A DNA stretch of 32,000 nt from Candidatus Johnevansia muelleri (GTDB taxonomy: Bacteria; Pseudomonadota; Gammaproteobacteria; Johnevansiales; Johnevansiaceae). Shown one piece after another: positions 27,014 through 32,000 of the stretch (within the stretch, counting starts at the first letter, position 1; every line of letters begins with the position of its first letter). The notes under the pieces are model-generated. The model was given only the letters and a program-made list of their open reading frames with translations, was not told the origin of the DNA and ran no database searches. The stretch covers positions 150,001-182,000 of the forward strand of contig LM655252.1 in assembly GCA_000953435.1 (NCBI GenBank), written 5' to 3'. Both the position numbers and the translations under genes were made by a program.

Positions 27014-30000
27014 TTAATTAGTACTAAATAGTTTATCTAATTTATTAATTAAATCTATTGATGGCCGACAATAATAAATACTTTTATTATTTATATTAAT
27101 TTTGTTAAAGAACCCACGTATAAATACATAAAATACTCCCCCCATATCTTTATTATAATCGTATTTAGGAATTCTAAGACGTAGTAGTCTATGTAATGCT
27201 AATGTATAAATAACATATTGTATATCGTATCTATGAACAATTATTGATTTTAGTAATGCATTTTTATTATAGTCTTCATATGATTTTCCTAAATAATTTG
27301 ATTTCCAATCTAATAAATACCATCTCCCTTTGTTTTTAAAAACAAGATCAATATACCCGCATAGCATACCCTTAATTTTACAAGGTAATATTTCTGAATA
27401 TGGCTCATTAAATATTTCATATTCACGTATTAATGAATCTAATATTGTAGTACTAAAATAACTGTTTGATATAAAAAATTCTAATTCTACTTGCCATTTT
27501 TCTATTTTATAAAACTTTACAATATTAGGTATAGGTATATAAGATATCATCGGGGTATTAAATATATTAAAAATCCAATCTAATAAAATATTTTTCCACT
27601 CTTTATCATATCCACTATGCATCAATTTTAATGAAATTATTTTTTCTAGCTCATTTTTATATTCATAAAGGCACTTAACTTTACCAAAATTAATATTATC
27701 AAAATTAATTTTTTTTAATATAGAATGTAGGAAACTACCATATATTAATCCACTTGGAAATTCATTAATATATTTGAATTGGGTTGTCTTTTTTAAAATT
27801 GATACTTTTTCTTTATTTATAAAATTATGTTGTGATAATACATGTTTTAAATTATTTGTTAACGAAGTATATGAATTAATTCCCAAGCTCAGATCAATAT
27901 TACCATTAAAATAACGATTTTGTAAATTTAAATGAAATTTTTCTTTCAGCATTATTTTTTTTTCTTCTAATGCTTTTGTTGGATTTATTATTTTTATTTT
28001 TATTATTTTATCTGATATAGATAATATTTGATTATATAGTATTGAATAATTTAGTGTATGTGTATTAAAAATTGTACATAGCGCTGAATTGTTTTTATAT
28101 AATGGTGCAATCCCTAAATAGCAAGTATAAATGGCTCTAGTTAATCCTACATATAGTAATCTTAAATCTTCTTCTAGTCGTGCTGTTTCTGCAAAAATCA
28201 AGTCATCACTATTAGGGTTCATAATAGTTACATTACCAAAATAATGATGCTTATTTAAATTAACTATGCTATTTTTAATTTTATAATAATTACAAATAAA
28301 TGGCATATAAACAATAGGATATTCTAGGCCTTTTGAATTATGTATAGTTACAATTCGTATTAAAGAGTTATCTATTTCTAAGAATCGTTGAATCAAAGAT
28401 TCAGGATCCATTCCTTCTGGAAAATTATTGGCTAAACCCCCGTAAAACCAACGTAATAATGCATTATGGTTATAAAATTTATTACTTACATTTTGTGCTA
28501 TTTCAATTAAATGAAATATATTATTGAGACTACGCATTCCTTCTTTTCTACGCAATAATCGATTATTAACGTCAAAATCATGTATAATTCGTTTAATCAT
28601 TGTTAATAAACCAAAATTTTGCCAATCACAATGGTATTGTTCGAATCTGTCAACTATTTTTTCCCAAATTAATTCATTCTCAATTAGTATCGTAAATTTT
28701 TCTAAAGAATCTGAAAGTAATCTTGTAGCTAAAGCTGATTTTATAATATTATAGTTATATGGATGTACAGCTGCTTCAAGTATTTTAATAAGCCAAAAGG
28801 CCTCCTTTGTAGAAAATATTGATGATTTATTTATATAAATACTATTAATACAATATTGTGATAATGCATATTGTATACGTATAGCTTCTAATCCAGTGCG
28901 TACTAATATAGCTATATCTGATAGTTTTATTGGTTTTAATGTGCTTATATTATTATCTATGATAAAACCTGCTTCTTTTTTTTTACTTCTTTCAATAATA
29001 TATTTAATATGATTAATCGTTGTTGTACTCATAATTTTTATATATTTACGCGTGCTTATATTAGCATTTGACTTTGGTAACCATAAATTAATGGCTGTAA
29101 TAGGCTTACCATATAATAACAATTGTGATTTTATTCCATTAGCTTTACTAATATTAAATAAAATTTTTTTATTTATAAAAGGGTTTTGTACATTACAAAA
29201 AAGCCAATTAACTGCTTCAACCATATGTATAGTTGACCTAAAATTTCTTGACAAAGTATAACATGTATCAATTGTATCACGTGCTATAATATAAGTATAT
29301 ATATCAGCATCTCGAAATCCATAAATTGCTTGTTTAGGATCGCCAATCATAATTAATGAATAAAACTTATTGTATTTACTATTAGTTGCTATTTTAAATA
29401 ATGGATAAATTTTATTAAAAATACTGAATTGCACTTGATTAGTGTCCTGGAATTCATCAATCATTGTAATAGGAAATTCTTGACGTAGACTATTAGCAAT
29501 AGGTATATTACTTTTATGTAGTGCTTCGTATAAATTATTTAACAACTCATCAAATTCACATAACCCTATTGTTTGTTTATTGTGTATAATATTTTTTTTT
29601 ATTACATATCTTGCATGAGCAAGCAACTTGGGTAATAAATATGATTGTTTTTTTTCTAATTCAAAAAAAATATCAAAAGCAGTAAATATAGGATTTGTAG
29701 GAGTATTAAATTTTTTTTTAGTAGCAGTTTTAATTCTCAACTGACTAAACCATGGCTGACCCGTTTGAAGTCTTAGCGATGATGGTAAATCTAAGTAATC
29801 TCCTGCCATCCATTGTATTAAAATTGTAGATTTTTCTTTAAAAGTTACTAAATTAAATTTTCGTAAATTTAAAATTTTATTATCTATTGCAATAGATAGA
29901 CATTCAATTGCTTTATGTGCATTATAGCTTTTGATTTTATTGATGCATTTTATAAAATATTCTTTATTAACTATGGCATATTCCAAAATTTCATCAATTG

Positions 30001-30646
30001 ATGAAGGAGTTTTTATTAAATTTCCTTTCCATATAAACTTTTTATTACTAATAAGTGGTATTAACATATTAAATAATTTTAATGGTGTTTTACAATGTTT
30101 TTGAATTATTTTTTGTGATTCTTTAGGTAGTGGATATAAATACCTACGCCAATAGTCTTGAACTTGTTGTTCAGTTATTTTTACTGTATTAATTACGGGA
30201 TTAAATACCTTGGGAATATGTAAAGCATATCTTTTCAATACATTATAGCAAAATCCATGAATAGTTAAAATTGCAGCTGAATCCATTATCCTTATAGCTT
30301 TATCCAATCGAATTACATATAATGAAGAAATTTTAGAATTTAAAAAAATGAATAAATTTTTAAATATGCTATCAGGGGGGGTATTACCTAATAAAACATC
30401 ACGTGCATAAATTAAGCGTGCACGAATACGATTTTTCAATTCTATTGAAGTTGTATTTGTGAAAGTTACTACTAAAATTTCGTATGGCATCAAGTTTCGG
30501 GGATATGCTGATTTTTCAGTACCATGACCTAATATTAATCTAACATAAAGTGTGGTTATTGTGAAAGTTTTACCTGTGCCAGCATTAGCTTCTATTAATC
30601 TACGACAATGCAGTGGGAAACGATTACTATCTAATAGTTTATTCAT
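27014..30646 (-). CDS. recB: Exodeoxyribonuclease V beta subunit (RecB helicase-nuclease)
   Basis: This is a 1210-aa ORF. The SF1 helicase motifs are intact: EANAGTGKTFTI, MIDEFQDTNQVQ, MIGDPKQAIYGFRDAD, VTIHNSKGLEYP and LRLLYVGLTRA. The C-terminal nuclease motif GYIDLVFKNKGRWYLLDWKSNYLG plus QYVIYTLALHRLLR matches E. coli GFIDLVFRHEGRYYLLDYKSNWLG and QYQLYTLALHRYLR. Confidence 0.93.
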   Translation of the reverse strand: MNKLLDSNRFPLHCRRLIEANAGTGKTFTITTLYVRLILGHGTEKSAYPRNLMPYEILVVTFTNTTSIELKNRIRARLIYARDVLLGNTPPDSIFKNLFIFLNSKISSLYVIRLDKAIRIMDSAAILTIHGFCYNVLKRYALHIPKVFNPVINTVKITEQQVQDYWRRYLYPLPKESQKIIQKHCKTPLKLFNMLIPLISNKKFIWKGNLIKTPSSIDEILEYAIVNKEYFIKCINKIKSYNAHKAIECLSIAIDNKILNLRKFNLVTFKEKSTILIQWMAGDYLDLPSSLRLQTGQPWFSQLRIKTATKKKFNTPTNPIFTAFDIFFELEKKQSYLLPKLLAHARYVIKKNIIHNKQTIGLCEFDELLNNLYEALHKSNIPIANSLRQEFPITMIDEFQDTNQVQFSIFNKIYPLFKIATNSKYNKFYSLIMIGDPKQAIYGFRDADIYTYIIARDTIDTCYTLSRNFRSTIHMVEAVNWLFCNVQNPFINKKILFNISKANGIKSQLLLYGKPITAINLWLPKSNANISTRKYIKIMSTTTINHIKYIIERSKKKEAGFIIDNNISTLKPIKLSDIAILVRTGLEAIRIQYALSQYCINSIYINKSSIFSTKEAFWLIKILEAAVHPYNYNIIKSALATRLLSDSLEKFTILIENELIWEKIVDRFEQYHCDWQNFGLLTMIKRIIHDFDVNNRLLRRKEGMRSLNNIFHLIEIAQNVSNKFYNHNALLRWFYGGLANNFPEGMDPESLIQRFLEIDNSLIRIVTIHNSKGLEYPIVYMPFICNYYKIKNSIVNLNKHHYFGNVTIMNPNSDDLIFAETARLEEDLRLLYVGLTRAIYTCYLGIAPLYKNNSALCTIFNTHTLNYSILYNQILSISDKIIKIKIINPTKALEEKKIMLKEKFHLNLQNRYFNGNIDLSLGINSYTSLTNNLKHVLSQHNFINKEKVSILKKTTQFKYINEFPSGLIYGSFLHSILKKINFDNINFGKVKCLYEYKNELEKIISLKLMHSGYDKEWKNILLDWIFNIFNTPMISYIPIPNIVKFYKIEKWQVELEFFISNSYFSTTILDSLIREYEIFNEPYSEILPCKIKGMLCGYIDLVFKNKGRWYLLDWKSNYLGKSYEDYNKNALLKSIIVHRYDIQYVIYTLALHRLLRLRIPKYDYNKDMGGVFYVFIRGFFNKININNKSIYYCRPSIDLINKLDKLFSTN

Positions 30647-30674
30647 AATATAAATATAATTTTAATTATCATAT

Positions 30675-31877
30675 TTAATACAAATTATTTAACCCATTAG
30701 ATAAATCACTTCGTATATCTTCAATATTTTCTAGTCCTATAGAAATACGTAAAAGGCCATCTTTAATACCAGATTCTTTTTTTTGATCATCTGAAAGCTT
30801 ACCATGAGTAGTTGTTGATGGATGAGTAATAGTTGTTTTAATATCACCTAAATTAGCAGTAATGGATATTAACTTAATAGCATCAATAACACTCCATGCC
30901 CCCATTTTACCTCCTTTAATTTCAAATCCTATAATAGCTCCAAAACCTTTTTGTTGTTTAACAGCTAAAAAGTGTTGTGGATGAGATTTTAATCCTGAGT
31001 AATATACTTTTTCTACTGCAGTATGTTTTTCTAGCCATTTTGCTAATTCTATAGCTTTTTTTGATTGTACACGCATTCGTAAATTAAGTGTTTCAAGACC
31101 TTTTAAAAATATCCACGCATTAAATGGACTCATACATGGACCGCAAATTCTAATTACCCCATATATTTCTTTAATTAATATATTTCTACCTACTACAGCA
31201 CCACCCAGTGCTCTACCTTGCCCATCTAAATATTTAGTAGCTGAATGTACAACTATATCTGCACCTAATGTAATTGGCCTTTGTAATGTAGGTGTACATA
31301 AACAATTATCAATTACTAACCAAGTATTATAGTAATGAGAAATTTTTGATAATGCTTGAATATTTACTAATTCTGAAAGTGGATTAGAAGGTGTTTCGGC
31401 GAATAATAACCTAGTATTATATGTTATTGCTTTTTCCCATGCTTCTATATTGGAAAGCTGAACAAAATGTGTAATTATACCGAATTTTACTAAATATTTT
31501 TGTAACAAACTAATAGTAGATCCAAACATAGAGCGTGAAGCTACTATTTCATCACCACTCTTCAATATACCCATTACAAGTGACATTATTGCAGACATCC
31601 CGGAACTTGTAGCAACACAATTTTCTCCATATTCGCATGCAGCTAATCTACGTTCGAATATCTGTACAGTAGGGTTATCAAAACGTGAATACACATTACC
31701 CTGTATATCACCAGAAAATTTCCCTGCTGCTTCAGCAGCGCTATTATATACAAAACTAGATGTTAAAAAAATAGGTTCTGAGTGTTCTTGTTCATTTGTT
31801 CTATTATGACCAAATCTTATAGCAATAGTATCTATCGATATATTTTTTTCGTATTGTTGATAATTGTATTTTAACAT
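30675..31877 (-). CDS. metZ: O-succinylhomoserine sulfhydrylase (Cys/Met-metabolism PLP enzyme, MetZ-type)
   Basis: This is a 400-aa ORF with YSRFDNPTV..FERRLAA.E, ATSSGMSAI, the PLP-lysine context HSATKYLDGQG and the C-terminal LLRISIGLE. Assignment to the MetZ subfamily, rather than MetB/MetC/MetY, rests on the N-terminal YSRF.NPTV pattern and is by eye only. Confidence 0.72.
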   Translation of the reverse strand: MLKYNYQQYEKNISIDTIAIRFGHNRTNEQEHSEPIFLTSSFVYNSAAEAAGKFSGDIQGNVYSRFDNPTVQIFERRLAACEYGENCVATSSGMSAIMSLVMGILKSGDEIVASRSMFGSTISLLQKYLVKFGIITHFVQLSNIEAWEKAITYNTRLLFAETPSNPLSELVNIQALSKISHYYNTWLVIDNCLCTPTLQRPITLGADIVVHSATKYLDGQGRALGGAVVGRNILIKEIYGVIRICGPCMSPFNAWIFLKGLETLNLRMRVQSKKAIELAKWLEKHTAVEKVYYSGLKSHPQHFLAVKQQKGFGAIIGFEIKGGKMGAWSVIDAIKLISITANLGDIKTTITHPSTTTHGKLSDDQKKESGIKDGLLRISIGLENIEDIRSDLSNGLNNLY

Positions 31878-31906
31878 TATATATACAAAACACTAATATA
31901 AATTAT

Positions 31907-32000
31907 CTATTTTTTAAAAAAATCTATTACTGCCGCTACAGTAAAGAAAGACCCGCATACTAATACTTCTTTAAACATATTTTTAGATGATTGAATCCAA
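31907..32000 (-). CDS. folC: 3' end of a Mur-ligase-family gene, probably folylpolyglutamate/dihydrofolate synthase (FolC); the 5' part lies outside the window
   Basis: The reverse-strand frame ending at TAG (complement of 31907-31909) reads WIQSSKNMFKEVLVCGSFFTVAAVIDFFKK*. The (I/V)LVCGSF(H/F)TV pattern is typical of FolC C-termini. In Pseudomonas aeruginosa folC lies a few genes upstream of metZ. Only 30 codons are visible. Confidence 0.4.
   Translation of the reverse strand, partial: WIQSSKNMFKEVLVCGSFFTVAAVIDFFKK

Noticed and set aside
1-32000. CRISPR arrays, transposases or IS elements, integrases, prophage genes, toxin-antitoxin or restriction-modification and other defence loci, and large direct or inverted repeats.
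   Set aside because: Every ORF over about 100 codons has a confident housekeeping assignment. I saw no regularly spaced repeats or terminal inverted repeats. The only sizeable unassigned DNA is 1335-2199, which has no ORFs. I cannot exclude dispersed repeats, which would need a computational self-comparison (dot plot).

Overview
This is a strongly AT-rich, very gene-dense window. By eye G+C is roughly a quarter to under a third; I did not compute it. I can support 28 protein-coding genes and one tRNA, and two of the genes are cut by the window edges. All are core housekeeping genes: dnaQ, rnhA, ribH, tRNA-Leu(CAA), tgt, iscA-type carrier, rlmN, hisS, der, aroE, def, fmt, gapA, glk, pheT, pheS, rplT, rpmI, infC, thrS, putA, rpe, miaB, ybeY, dusA, recD, recB, metZ and a folC-like 3' end. 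Spacers are mostly under 110 bp and three convergent gene pairs overlap. The only long non-coding stretch is 1335-2199, which holds the tRNA. Base composition, compaction, contracted operons and gene order point to a genome-reduced, probably betaproteobacterial, intracellular symbiont. The gene-order clues are co-directional rnhA->dnaQ, metZ, and the thrS-infC-rpmI-rplT-pheS-pheT block. A Kinetoplastibacterium-like organism is a guess I cannot verify without a database search. I found no mobile element, CRISPR array, defence or toxin locus, or unassignable ORF, so I do not see a previously undescribed system here. The points worth a second look are signs of ongoing gene erosion and annotation subtleties. 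fmt is frameshifted and eroded beside an A7 tract. RecD has degenerate ATPase motifs next to an intact RecB, with no adjacent recC. The P5C-dehydrogenase half of PutA has small deletions in two conserved ALDH motifs, while the proline-dehydrogenase half looks intact. infC very likely starts at a non-AUG codon upstream of the ORF-track call. There are also long in-frame homopolymers, deletion scars in conserved gene clusters, and convergent 3' overlaps.
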